Positions 50,240-62,190 of a stretch of 64,000 bases of DNA are shown piece after piece. Each line of letters opens with the position of its first letter. The stretch's first letter is position 1. The position numbers were made by a program, and so were the translations under genes. The stretch covers positions 108,314,001 to 108,378,000 of the forward strand of contig NC_043001.1 in the NCBI RefSeq assembly GCF_006345805.1, read 5' to 3'. The stretch comes from Octopus sinensis. Its lineage: Eukaryota. Below the pieces are notes generated by a model, which worked only from the letters and a program-made list of their open reading frames with translations, was not told the origin of the DNA and did no database searches.

Positions 50240-50670
50240 TCGAGCATTGGGCCTCTTGGAGGCAAAGTGGCTGAGTTCTTTTCAAGAATTGGGCCTCGTA
50301 GAGACAAAGTGGCTGAGTTCTTTTCAAGAATTGGGCCTCATGGAGGCAAAGTGACAGAGTTCTTTTCAAGTGTTGGGCCTCATGGAGGCAATGACCAAGA
50401 ACTTTGGCATTATGTCATGCTTGAGAAGAAGACCCACCAAGCCAAGCAAAATCACAGTTGTGGCAGATACCAGTCACGCAAATGGCACCCATGCCAGTAG
50501 CAGATAAAAACACCCATTACACTCTTGGAGTGGTTGGCATCTGGCTGTAGAAAATCATGCCAAATCAGACTGGAGTTTGGTGCAGCCTTGCAGTTTACCA
50601 GCCCTGGTCAAACCATCCAACCCATGCTAGCATGGACAACAGACATTAAATGATGATGATAATGATGATG
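50240..50670 (+). mobile_element. RTE-derived element with 42 bp array (3 units plus a partial one)
   Basis: GGGCCTC at 50249, 50291, 50333 and 50375; same family as 37640. Confidence 0.88.
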
Positions 50671-50682
50671 ATATGTATATGT

Positions 50683-50731
<49 letters not shown>

Positions 50732-52186
50732 GAAAAAAGTCAAGGTAGAAAATGCTAAAATAATTTTATAAAAAACATTTCAGTACCTGTTTCGGTCATT
50801 GAGACTTTTTCAATTGTAAGTATGGAAAACAATTTTGGAAAAATTAAATGAAAAGTTTTTTAAAAGAATATTTGCATAGTATCCAAATAGAAGGGGCATT
50901 TTCCTTGTTTCTACCTATATATATATAACGTTTTGGGTTTTGTATTGTATCAAGCCACCTTTATCATTTTATAAGTTTCACATTAAAATTTTGCAGAATC
51001 TGCCATCGATTCTAATGGTAAAATCTATATGCTGACAGTTTGGATTTGACTTAACTATAAGCAATGGGATAGTAAAATTGATGAGTCTTAATTTCAAGCG
51101 AAATTGGTTTGCCAATTTAGTGTCCTCACTTGCTATTGGGTGGTTAACTCCCCTGTCAGTAGATGGACTTGTGCTACGTTTGTGTCTATAAGGGTCTTTG
51201 ACTCTTATTTCTAGCAATGTAGATGCTACAATGCACCCTCAGTCACTATTAATAATAACTGAATTCTTCCTTTTTGATTTTATATAGTGTCTAGCTACCT
51301 TCGTTACTTCATATATCATTTCATATATACTGGCTTCAGTACATTTTATATCTACAAAGTTTTACTCAGAAAACATTGGTTGACTTGAGACTAATGCGGA
51401 AGAGACTTGCCCAAGGTGGCATACAATGCAACTAAACCTGAAACCAAAAGCATATGAAGCAAGCTTTTTAACTGCACGGCCAAGCCTGTCCTTGAGCACA
51501 TGGCCACACCTGCACCTCCACCACACAGCTAAGTCTACATTATCTATGAATGAGATTATTTTTAAAACCAGTAAATATAAAACAGTCACAGCTATAGACC
51601 CACTCAACTGATGCTGTATACATGACTACACTTGTTAGACTGTTGTATCTATCAGATCCTGCTGTTGACAATGCAAGGCTGAAGTCAAAATGAAGCCAAG
51701 ATTTAATTTTACTGCCTTTTGTAATAATTCGTTTAAACAGAAACATAATAACACCGACTTACTGCTACTTGTAAACTTTGAGCAATTTCAAGCAAGCTGT
51801 TATTGGTTGGCTTTGTTCATTATACAGCAATATTTATAGTTGAAGGGGGAGAAAAATAAAGAGGTAAAAAAGCAGAAAAAGAAACAAACTCTTTTAAGTT
51901 TCCAATCAAATGAACATGGCCAATAAATGTTAAGGTATTGCTCAAATAATTATTGGCTTGTTTGTTTTTGTTTTTGGCGGTGGGATTACATATTTTTTTT
52001 CCTTCCCATCTGCTGCCAGAGATAATAATTTTAGTCTCATTTAACCATTTTTATGAAGCATTTGTAAAGCTTCTTTGAAATTTTCAAATACAGCAACAGC
52101 AGAATGATCTGAGTTCAAAAATCTAGTTACAAGTCCTCTTGAGTAGAGCGTATTTTATTTTATATTATAAAATATATATTTTTTTC

Positions 52187-52396
52187 ATTCTTTTACTTGT
52201 TTCAGTCATTTGACTGTGGCCATGCTGAAGCACCACCTTTCGTCGAACAAATTGACCACCCAGGACTTAGTCTCTGAAAGCCTAGTACTTATTCTTTCAA
52301 TCTCTTTTGCTGAACTGCTACGTTACGGGGATGTAAACACACCAGCATCGGTTGTCAAGCGATGATTGGGGGACAAACACAGACACATAAATACAA

Positions 52397-52429
<33 letters not shown>

Positions 52430-52517
52430 CGACGGGCTTCTTTCAGTTTCCGTCTACCAAATCCACTCACAAGGCTTTGGTCAGCCCTAGGCTATAGTAG
52501 AAGACACTTGCCTAAGA
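52187..52517 (-). mobile_element. SINE family A, 5'-truncated
   Basis: Tail through CORE-like motif present. Confidence 0.88.
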
Positions 52518-52915
52518 TTCTCGTTTCTGAGAGCAGTTGAGTTTATTCCAGATATTCTCATTAGTGTTGCCTTGGTGGAGGTTTGCACTCTCTGAGTATT
52601 ATTATTATTATTATTATTATTATCATCATTCATTTTATTATTATTTATTACTAATTATTTTTTAGTCCTTCTTGATTGGCCACAAGACTAACATATAATA
52701 CAAACCCTTTCATTCAGAACAGTTACAAAATATGAGAGAGCAAGTAAACTCGTGTGTGTGTGAAGGCATACTCACACACAATAAGCAAGGAGGAGGAGAG
52801 AGACAAAAACATATTGCAGCATGGAAACAGGTTAATAATTTCAGAAACAATAAAAAGATACATTATTTACATTATTTACATTCGACGGATATTTGTCCTC
52901 ATCTTGTTTGTAGTT

Positions 52916-52962
52916 AACACAACGTTTCGGCTGATATACCCTCCAGCCTTCATCCGGTGTCT
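52916..52962 (-). ncRNA. Hammerhead-like motif, U4 mutated (CGGATGA)
   Basis: GACAC-CGGATGA-A-GGCTG(...)CAGCC-GAAA-CG-TT-GTGTT. Confidence 0.55.
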
Positions 52963-53071
52963 TGGGGAAATTTCGAACCTGGGTTCTCATTCCTAAGGTA
53001 TTTTTCAATGTTATTATTTTTATTATTATCATTATTATTATTATTTCTATTCAGGTTACTGCCTAGTGACT

Positions 53072-53105
<34 letters not shown>

Positions 53106-53160
53106 TAATAACATCAAAAAATACCTTAGGAATGAGAACCCAAGTTAAAAATTTCCCCAA

Positions 53161-53206
53161 GACAGCTGATGAAGGATGGAGGGTATATCAGCCTAAACGT
53201 TGTGTT
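53161..53206 (+). ncRNA. Hammerhead-like motif, G12 mutated (TAAA)
   Basis: GACAG-CTGATGA-A-GGATG(...)CAGCC-TAAA-CG-TT-GTGTT. Confidence 0.5.
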
Positions 53207-55246
53207 AACAACAAACAAGATGAGGGCAAATATCTGTCAAATGTAAATAATGCACATAATTCCTCATCTCGTAAATATAAAACTGAATAAAAAGATACAC
53301 AAACAAAGACACCCATCCAGAAAGGAATGAAAAGCCAGCACCTAAGAAACGAGAAGAGAGCACAGAAATCCGATCACCTCTGCACCAGGCACTCCTTGCT
53401 TTCTGCTAACTTCAAGCTACAAGTAGAATTTGTGTATTGACCCTCAATATGAAGAAAGGAAAGGAAAGAATAAAAGAAATATAAAAGAAAAAATAAATGA
53501 ATAAAATAATAAGCAACAGATGCGAATACGGCTCTGTGGTTAAGGAGATCAGGATTTCAGGTTCAGTCCCTCTGCAAAGCACCTTTGGATAGCCCTGGGT
53601 CAACAAATGTCTTCTGAGTGAATTTGTTAGACAGAAACTGTGTGGAAGACCATCGTGTGTGTGTGTGTGTGTGCCACCACTTGACAACTAGCGTTGATTT
53701 GTTTACATGGATGTAAACAAACCATCATTGTCAAAAGCAAACAACAGAACAAGTATCGAACTTCAAGATAAATACAAAGGGTTGATTCGTTCGACTCAAA
53801 TCTTCAAGGCAGTGCCCCAGCATGGCCACAGTCCAATGACTGAAACGACCATAGGAAGTTGAAAAGAAAAGGAAAATAAAACAGCAAAATAGAAGTATAA
53901 GATGAAAGAGAAGAAAGTAGAGAAAGAAGAGAAACGAAAATAGAAAATAGAATAAAAAACAAAGGAGAGAAGATCCATCTTAATCGAGAAGAACTGTATA
54001 CAGCCTATGATACCAGCCCAATAAATTACCTGCAATCAATCTATAGATTCTCCATAAAAACTCCCTAAGGATTGAATGGTAAAGCCAGCCTAGTTGTATT
54101 TGAACCTAGAAATGGGAAACAAATTGAATTAGATAGCATAAAGAACATTTAGTGTTACTCTCCACGGCCCCCACAAACCAAGCTGGAGTCAATAACAACA
54201 ACAACAACAATAATAGCTGTTGTTCTTGTCACTGCGTCATGGTAGAAAGGAATGGGGTTGGGTGGTCTATTTTAGATTCATTCTTATGCTATAATCATTT
54301 GGTTTTCCTTAAGCCTCTAAGAGAACCTTAGAACCTTGTTCAACAATTTTTTAAAGTACTTGGAGCAAATTCCAAGTGCATAGGAATTGTTTAGGGTGCA
54401 TCTGTGCTTAATCTTTTTTTTTCTTTCAGCATACCAAGTGCAGGCATGGTTGTGTAGTTAAGTTAAGAAGTTTGCTTCCAAAACCACATGGCTTCAGGTT
54501 CAATCCTACTGAACAGTACCCTGGGCAAGTATCGGTTCCGAGATGACCAAAGTCTTGAAAGTGGATTTGGTAGGCAGAAACTGAAAAAAATTCCATAGAG
54601 TATGTCTCAGCACAAAGAGACAGAAAGACACATACACACAACCACAAAATGGGTTTCTTCCATTTTCTGTCTACAAAAATTCATTCATACAGCTTTGGTC
54701 GACTCAAGGCCACAGTAGAAGGCACTTGCCTAAAGTGTCAAGCAATGGGATTGAACCCAAAACTACATGATTGAGAAGTAAACTACTCAAACACACAGCC
54801 TAATTAACTAGCAGCTATCATAGAAGCATCTCACTATTATCTCTTTACCATCTCTGCTAGAACTTTAAGAGTAAGGAGGTTAAGTACCAAAGTTTCATTT
54901 CCCACCAGGAATGCATTTTGCCTTTTACAAACGTGATAGCCTCTACACCAGAGGCTCTCAGCTGCAGTTCCCAGGGCCACATGTGGCCCGCGAGCATAAA
55001 TCTGTGACCTCCAATCATTTTCCCTTTATAAATATATATATTTTTTAACTGGCTTTTTTTACTTTTTTGATGTGGCCCCTTAAAAAAAATCCAGCTTTAG
55101 ATCTGGTTCAGATATTAAGGAGTTTGGGAACCACAGCTTTATACAGTCATTTATCCTACTAGAAATAGCAGGTCAATCTCCTCCAAATCCTACCCTACTT
55201 TTAAAAAACGGGAGGACATATTAGATAATGGGATACACCTAGTGAA

Positions 55247-55565
55247 GGCACACAGCTCAGTGGCTAGAGCATCAGGGTTACAATCCTGGGGTTGCAAGTT
55301 CAATTCCTGGACTGGATTGTGTGTTGTTTTTTTGAGCAAGACACTTTATTTCATGTTGCTCCAGTTCACTCATCTGTAGAAATGAGCTGTGATGTCACTG
55401 ATGCCAAGCTGTATCGGCCTTTGCCTTTCCCTTGGATAACATCAGTGGCATGGAGAATGGAGGTTGGTATGCAAGGGCGACTGCTGGTCTTCCATAAACA
55501 ACCTTGCCCAGACTTGTGCCTCGGAGGTAACTTTCTAGGTGCAAACCCATGGTCATTCATGATCA
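55247..55565 (+). mobile_element. SINE family D (tRNA head, CORE-like TTGAGCAAGACACTTTA)
   Basis: AGCTCAGTGGCTAGAGCA A-box and AAGTTCAATTCC B-box; inverted homolog at 57258-57533. Confidence 0.8.
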
Positions 55566-56514
55566 AAAAAAAAAAAAAGATGAGATGATCACAGTTAAGA
55601 ATGCTTCTGATCAAGGCTGACCTGGGAGCTGACCAACAGCAACATGAACAGCAATAACAACCTGTAGCCATTGCAATTAGATTAGCAGTAAATTACTCTC
55701 CAAGCATCGCAGTTTACCTCCATCCTCGGCTGCTGTTTGCTACAGCAATTACTCTGGTTTAATTGTCTTGTGTAGTAAATAGTTTACAGTTTCACAGTTC
55801 TATTGCTGCTCAATACAAACTGGCCGGATCAATATCTGCTGAAACAGGTTAGGCTTCTCCAAGAGCACACATTCTGTTACTGGGGTTGGCTGTTTGTTTT
55901 TGTTTTTGTTTTGTTTTGTTTGTTTGTTTTTTTGCATTTTGATTTTTTTTTTTTTTGTCTTTTGTATGTTTATATTTTTTTTCACTTTCCTCGTTAGGCA
56001 GAGGGAGGGGGTTGTTGTTCTGCTGCGAGTGGGTGGTTTGACATGATGCATGTGATGTCAGCAGCACTAGCAGAAGCAGCAGTAGTAATCGTAGTAGTAG
56101 TAGTAACAGTGGTGGTATGGTGAGTATGGTAATGTTAATGGAAGGGAAACAAAGCAACAGCAACAACAACAACAAAAAAAAACAGCAAGTGGTTCTCGAA
56201 ATGTGCAACATTTCTGCATGGGCTGGTATATCGTTGAAAAAGTGAACATGATCACTTTGGTAATCATCTTCACCAGCATCATCAACATCATCATCATTTT
56301 CTATCATCACCACCACCACAGCCATTGTTGTCATTTTTATTGCATCTCTCATAATCAGTCGAGGTCATCATAATCAATCGAAAGTCATCAATACCATCAT
56401 GTAACAAGGCTGTCCTACATGACCACCCAACCTGCATAATGAAGCTAGGAGTCAACTCATCCTCATTAAACCCTCAACAACATCTCTAATAAGAGCAACA
56501 TATTCACATTTCAA

Positions 56515-56728
56515 CCCTTTAGCATTCAGATTATCAAATGTAATGCTTATTTATCCACATTGTTGACAATTAATTAAGTATTATCTTCTAGCTTAGCAAT
56601 CTCAATGATGTGACTGCTTGTTTTTAGAATGACATGTGGGGTAGGTATGAAAGGCCAGATCTGGTTGGTTTACAAGTAAGACAGGTAGAATATCTGGGCC
56701 AGGTATGGCCAATTTAAATGCCAAAAGC
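56515..56728 (+). mobile_element. piggyBac-like MITE, uninterrupted
   Basis: CCCTTTAGCATT ... AATGCCAAAAGC|TTAA. Confidence 0.7.
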
Positions 56729-56917
56729 TTAAGCAGATGAATGTTAAATGTAACATTCATGCCTTTCCAAAGGACACAAGCACAAAGTTACAATGTTTAA
56801 ACTGTTAACGTCCCACTATGTGGCATCTTAGGCAAGTGTCTTCTACTATAGCCTCGGGCCAACCAAAACCTTGTGAGTGGATGTGGTAGACAGAAACTGA
56901 AAGAAGCCCACCATCAT

Positions 56918-57135
56918 CATCGTTCAACGTCCGCTTTCCATGCTACCATGGGTTGGACGGTTCAACCGGGGTCTGGGAAACCAAGAGGCTGCACTAGGCT
57001 CCAGTCTGATCTGGCAGTGTTTCTACAGCTGGATGCCCTTCCTAATGCCAACCACTCCGTGAGAGTAGTGGGTGCTTTTTACGTGCCACTGGCACAAGGG
57101 CCTGAGGAGGCTGGCAACACCCACAATTGGCTGGT
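56918..57135 (-). mobile_element. RTE 3'-tail element
   Basis: Reverse complement of the RTE tail. Confidence 0.85.
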
Positions 57136-57181
57136 GCTTTATATGTGTGTGTATGTATATATATGTGTGTGTGTGTATGTA

Positions 57182-57226
<45 letters not shown>

Positions 57227-57257
57227 TTGTGTGTGTGTGTCTGTGTTTGTCCCCACA

Positions 57258-57533
57258 CCAAGGCACAAGTCTGGGCAAGGATGTTTATGGAAGACCAGCA
57301 GTCGCCCGTGCGAACCAGCCTCCTCCCTTCTCCATGCCAACGATGTTGTCCAAAGGAAAAGCAAAGGCCGAAACAGTTTGGCGCCAGTGATGTCACAGCT
57401 TATTTCTACAACAGAATGAACTGGAGCAACATGAAATAAAGTGTCTTGCTCAAGAACACAACACGCAGCCCAGTCTGGGAATCAAACTCACTACCTCATG
57501 CTTGTGAGTACAACGTTCTAACCACTGAGCCAT
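57258..57533 (-). mobile_element. SINE family D
   Basis: Reverse homolog of 55247-55530. Confidence 0.8.
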
Positions 57534-58377
57534 TCTAGTTTCATGGAATTACACAAATGAGAGATACATTTTTCCCCAAGAGAAGACACCAAGTTTTCAC
57601 AGAAGATATTTCCAAAAGATCCAGAAACTATTCTTGTAAACTTGGAGACTTGCAGAGTCTATGATTAATTGTACCGGTCAAATACAACAGCAAAAAAGCA
57701 TGCTTATAAGATTCGAACTGAAGAACAGTCTGCAAGAAGTCCAGTACCACATCTAGTCAGTTGCTGCAGTCTGAGACTGGCTAGAAAATTATAATGCAAA
57801 CAGCTGTGTCTGCAGAATACTAAAACTGATATCTAACATCTTGCTGGTTACGTGTCTGTTCCAAGAATGAGTTCTTCCAAAACTGAGCTTGCCTTTTATA
57901 TTCCATCCCAAAAATTGATACAAAAAAAGGACCATGGATGTTACAATTAACATTCATCTGCTAAACCTTTTGGCATTTAAACTGGCCCAGATATTCTACC
58001 TGTTTTACTTGTAAACAAGCCAAATCCACTCTTTCCTTTGGTTTCAAATTTTGGCACAAGGCCAGTAATTTGGGCAAGTGCCTTCTGCTACAGCCCCAGG
58101 GTGTTAACCAATTATATTGGGCTCAAATGGTACTTATTCTATCAACCCCGAAAGGATGAAAGGCAAAGTTGACTCTGGCAGTATTTGAACTCGGAGCATA
58201 AAGTTGGAATAACTGCTGCTAAGCATTTTTCACAGTGCGGTAACAATTCAGCCAGCTCACCACCTGATGTACCAGGAGTCAAAATCAAACAAAATGCTTG
58301 TAGTGGAATTGAAACCTCAACCAATGAACAAGTAGATACAAGTTCAATACTTTACAAACTCAGCTATTTTGTTCATA

Positions 58378-58582
58378 TTCTTTGATTTGTTTCAGTCATT
58401 TGACAGCAGTCATGCTGGAGCACCGCCTTTAGTTAAACAAATCAACCCCAGACTTATTCTTTATAAGCCTAGTACTTATTTTTTCGGGGTCTTTTGCTGA
58501 ACCACTAAGTTACAGAGATGTAAACACACCAACATCAGTTGTCAAGCGATGGTGGGGGGGGGACAGACACAGACACACAAAC

Positions 58583-58619
<37 letters not shown>

Positions 58620-58765
58620 TGACAGGCTTCTTTCAGTTTCCATCTACCAAATCTACTCACAAGGCTATAGTAGAAGACACTTGCCCAAGGTGCCACGCTG
58701 TGGGACTGAACCCAGAAACATGTGGTTGGTAAGCAAGCTACTTACCACACAGCTATTCCAGTGCC
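58378..58765 (-). mobile_element. SINE family A
   Basis: Family motifs, small internal deletion. Confidence 0.88.
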
Positions 58766-59664
58766 TATGTTCACATCCTTGAAAATGCATGAATGCCACA
58801 GCAAACATTTTGCAGCAGAAAGAAATTTCAAGCTTTAGGAGACAACCAGGGAGCATCTATGTGGTTGTTTTATATACTAGACATAACAGCCAAACCTCCA
58901 TCAAAGCATCATGTTATTAAGAAAATAAAGGACACATTAGCTAATAGTCATAAATATACAAAAATGAGACAATCATAGTTGGGATACTTTTCATCATAGG
59001 TCTGCTCAATCAGGGTTGACCTGGGGCTAAACAACAACAGAACCTTGAATGTGATTCTTCAGTAAAATTCCAACAAAGCTGCAATGGGAGAATCACACCC
59101 ACATATCATATCCGATGGAGAATTATGACATCATAGCAAGCACATCTGGAACTGGATGTATGCAATATGCTGATTCACTGCGATCCAGTTCAGTTCAGAG
59201 ATATTGATAATCTATGCTGGTATAATGAAAGTGGAGGATTCGCTTCCCAAGTGGAAAGAGTAAAATCAATAACACCAGAAACAGCAATTAATACAATAAT
59301 AACATGATTACATTGACATAAATAAATACCAGTCTGCATGCAGTTTAAGTGTGGAGAGAGCAGCATCCAGCCTTGTGATGGTGACTGTTCAGGGGAAAAT
59401 AATAGCGGTTTCTGAATTTCTGAACCAGGTCATGCAGGCACAGACGTGGATGCATGGTTAATAAGTGTGTTTAGCATTTTACATGATTCCAGGTCTGATC
59501 ATACTGTGCAGCGCATTGGGCAAATATTGTCTACCAAAACCTCAGGTTAATAACCCAAGCCTTGTGAATAATAATTGGGTTGATGGAAACTGTATGGAAT
59601 GGGCTTCCATGCAGAATCTGTCAGTTTTGTGGAGAGTAAAGTGATTCTGATTTCTGGCTAAATA

Positions 59665-59900
59665 CTACCTATTTCTTTACTACCCACAAGGGGCTAAACA
59701 CAGAGAGGACAAACACGGACAGACAAACGGATTAAGTCGATTATATCGACCCCAGTGTGTAACTGGTACTTAATTTATCGACCCCGAAAGGATGAAAGGC
59801 GAAGTCGACCTCGGAAGAATTTGAACTCAGAACGTAATGGCAGACGAAATACTGCTATGCATTTCACCCAGCATGCTAACAATTCTGCCAGCTCGCCGCC
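59665..59900 (-). mobile_element. SINE family B, full length
   Basis: Family motifs; GGYTAAATACTACC occurs at both flanks (probable TSD). Confidence 0.92.
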
Positions 59901-60904
59901 TTAATACTTTGGTTAAATACTACCACCATGGGACGGCTTTAGTGGAATCCAAAGAATCCACTTTGTTCCAGATATTCCAACCATATTTTTCATCTCAGAA
60001 TAACCAGTGGTTGTTTCTTACTCCCTTTATTCTCTCCCAGTCTTGAAGTCCCAGCAAATATTGCAGGCACTTCCCTTTCTTCTTTGATTAAACGTTAAAA
60101 AAAGGATTTGAGAAAAGCTGGAATTTTTTCTGCAACACTTGTTGATAGCAATAGTTCTGAACAAGCAGACCTACTAGCAAAAGAAATCCAGGAATGACCA
60201 TCCCATCTGTTATTCAGACTTAGTCTATCTAAGACTGAATTATCCAATGTGTCTTTCTTATTTTTAAGGTAGACTAGTATAATCTGAAGGAGATTTTGGC
60301 TGCAATTTCTAGCAAATAAAGATGCCATGTTCATATTCCCATGTACAAGAAGTTTGTGGATGGACTAACACACAAGATTATTCAAACCAGTCTCCTTCAA
60401 CAATAACCAAAGAGGAAAATGAAGGAAGTTCGAAAACCAATAATGATCTCTGCAGTTCTTACTAACTATTAGGGGATCGTTAACCCAGGTGTGAAACAGG
60501 TGCCACTAAGTGAGGGCACTTATGAATAATTGAGTCAGAAGAACAAATAAAACTAGCCTACGGGGTCAGTAATAAATAAGCTGTCACCAGCACTATATTG
60601 TGCTTAGCCGTGGCACCACTCTCAACTGGCACAGTCCACCTAGCTGTAGAAGGTGCAACCACAGAGATGATCTGTTCATTGCTGGTCATTGCATTCGCAC
60701 TGTAAAACTGACAAATGATTTATTGGTTTAAAGAATCAAGTTCTACTCTTTCCTTGGATGCTGTCAGAAGAAGAGTTGTATCAAACATGATGGTCACCCA
60801 TGGATGGATACTATTGCTCAAGAGACATCAAGTATTTGACTTGATCAACAGTTGCAACATACAGTAATGTTCTAGTTTCTAATACAGGGAAAGTTCAATG
60901 TGCA

Positions 60905-61270
60905 CACAGCTGTGGCCGTGTGGTAAGAAGTTTGCTTCCCGACCACATGGATCCGGGTTCAGTCCCACAGAATGGCACCCCTAAAGCAAGTGTCTTCTAC
61001 TATAACTTTAGGCCAACCAAAAGCCTTCTGAGTGGATCTGGTAGACAGAAACTGAAAGAAAACTGCTGTGTGTGTGTGTGTCTTTGAGTCTGTTTTTGCC
61101 CCCACTATTTGACAACTGGTGTTGGTTTGTTTTCATCCCTGTAACTTAGCAGCTCAGCAAAAGAGATTGATAGAATAAGTACTGGCATCGATTTGTCCAA
61201 CTAAGGTTCGTCAAAGCAGTGCCCCAGCCTGGCCACAGCCTAATGACTGAAACAAGTAAAAGATAAAAGA
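60905..61270 (+). mobile_element. SINE family A
   Basis: Family motifs. Confidence 0.85.
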
Positions 61271-61977
61271 ACTCCAAAAGAAGTACACACACTTCTTGAC
61301 CTTCTTCCGAAGCAAACCCGTAGAGCTTAGCCATGAGAGGTCCTTAATTATGTAGACACCAACTTAATTGTGAAATGCCAATCTCTTTTTTGGCTACAGA
61401 ATTCCTCTTTCAATGAAAATTGGAGAAGTGAATGCAATCTTATTATTTGGTGTGGCAAAGGGAAAGAAAAAAGGAACCAAGAAACATAGAATTAAGTCTA
61501 AAATACTTTGGCACAGCTCCAGCATGGCTTCAGCTGTGAAGGCTAAAATGAACTAAAGAACTCGTTGAGCATACATTAAGATGCCTCCTGCTAACACAAG
61601 ATGTGGGTGTAGCAGATATGGTCGAAAATATGCCAGTAATGAAACATATGTGCAAACACAGATAAAAATTTTAAAAGACAAAACGAAACCCAAACAGAGC
61701 ATAAGTTTGTTTTTTTTTTATAATTTACTATTATACAATTATAATTTGACCATGTTGTTATCGTTTTAAAGGTAACGGTTAAAATAAACTTTAAAATTAC
61801 TCTTTATAATATATACCTATTCCTGTTGCTTTCATCAGTAGCATGCATCTGTATATAATTGCTTAAGTAGAGCAAGAGATGTGATGTGCTGATAAAGATT
61901 TTGGCAACTTGGTTTCAAACTTGGTCGTCATTCTCAGTTGGAACTCCTTTATATTGTTAACATCTTCCAGTAGAGCT

Positions 61978-62190
61978 AAGGCAGCGAGCTGGCAGAATCG
62001 TTAACACACCAGGTAAAATGCTTAGTGGCATTTCATCCTTTATTATGTTCTGAGTTCAAATTCTGCCATGGTTGGCGTTGCCTTTCTTCCTTTCATGGTC
62101 GATAAAATAAGTACCAGTTGAACACTGGGGCTGATGTAATCAACTTGCCCCCTCCCCCAAATTTGCTGGCCTTGTGCCAAAATTTCAAAT
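61978..62190 (+). mobile_element. SINE family B
   Basis: Family motifs. Confidence 0.8.

Larger units (their letters stand above)
52870..53252. mobile_element. ~380 bp palindromic (fold-back) element with a hammerhead motif in each arm
   Basis: Arms pair through (ATT)n/(AAT)n to a 4-nt apex GCCT at 53061-53064. Confidence 0.9.

Noticed and set aside
51613-51686. Minus-strand candidate exon LALSTAGSDRYNSLTSVVMYTASV
   Set aside because: Splice sites are plausible but there is no homology or linkage to other candidates; too weak to call.
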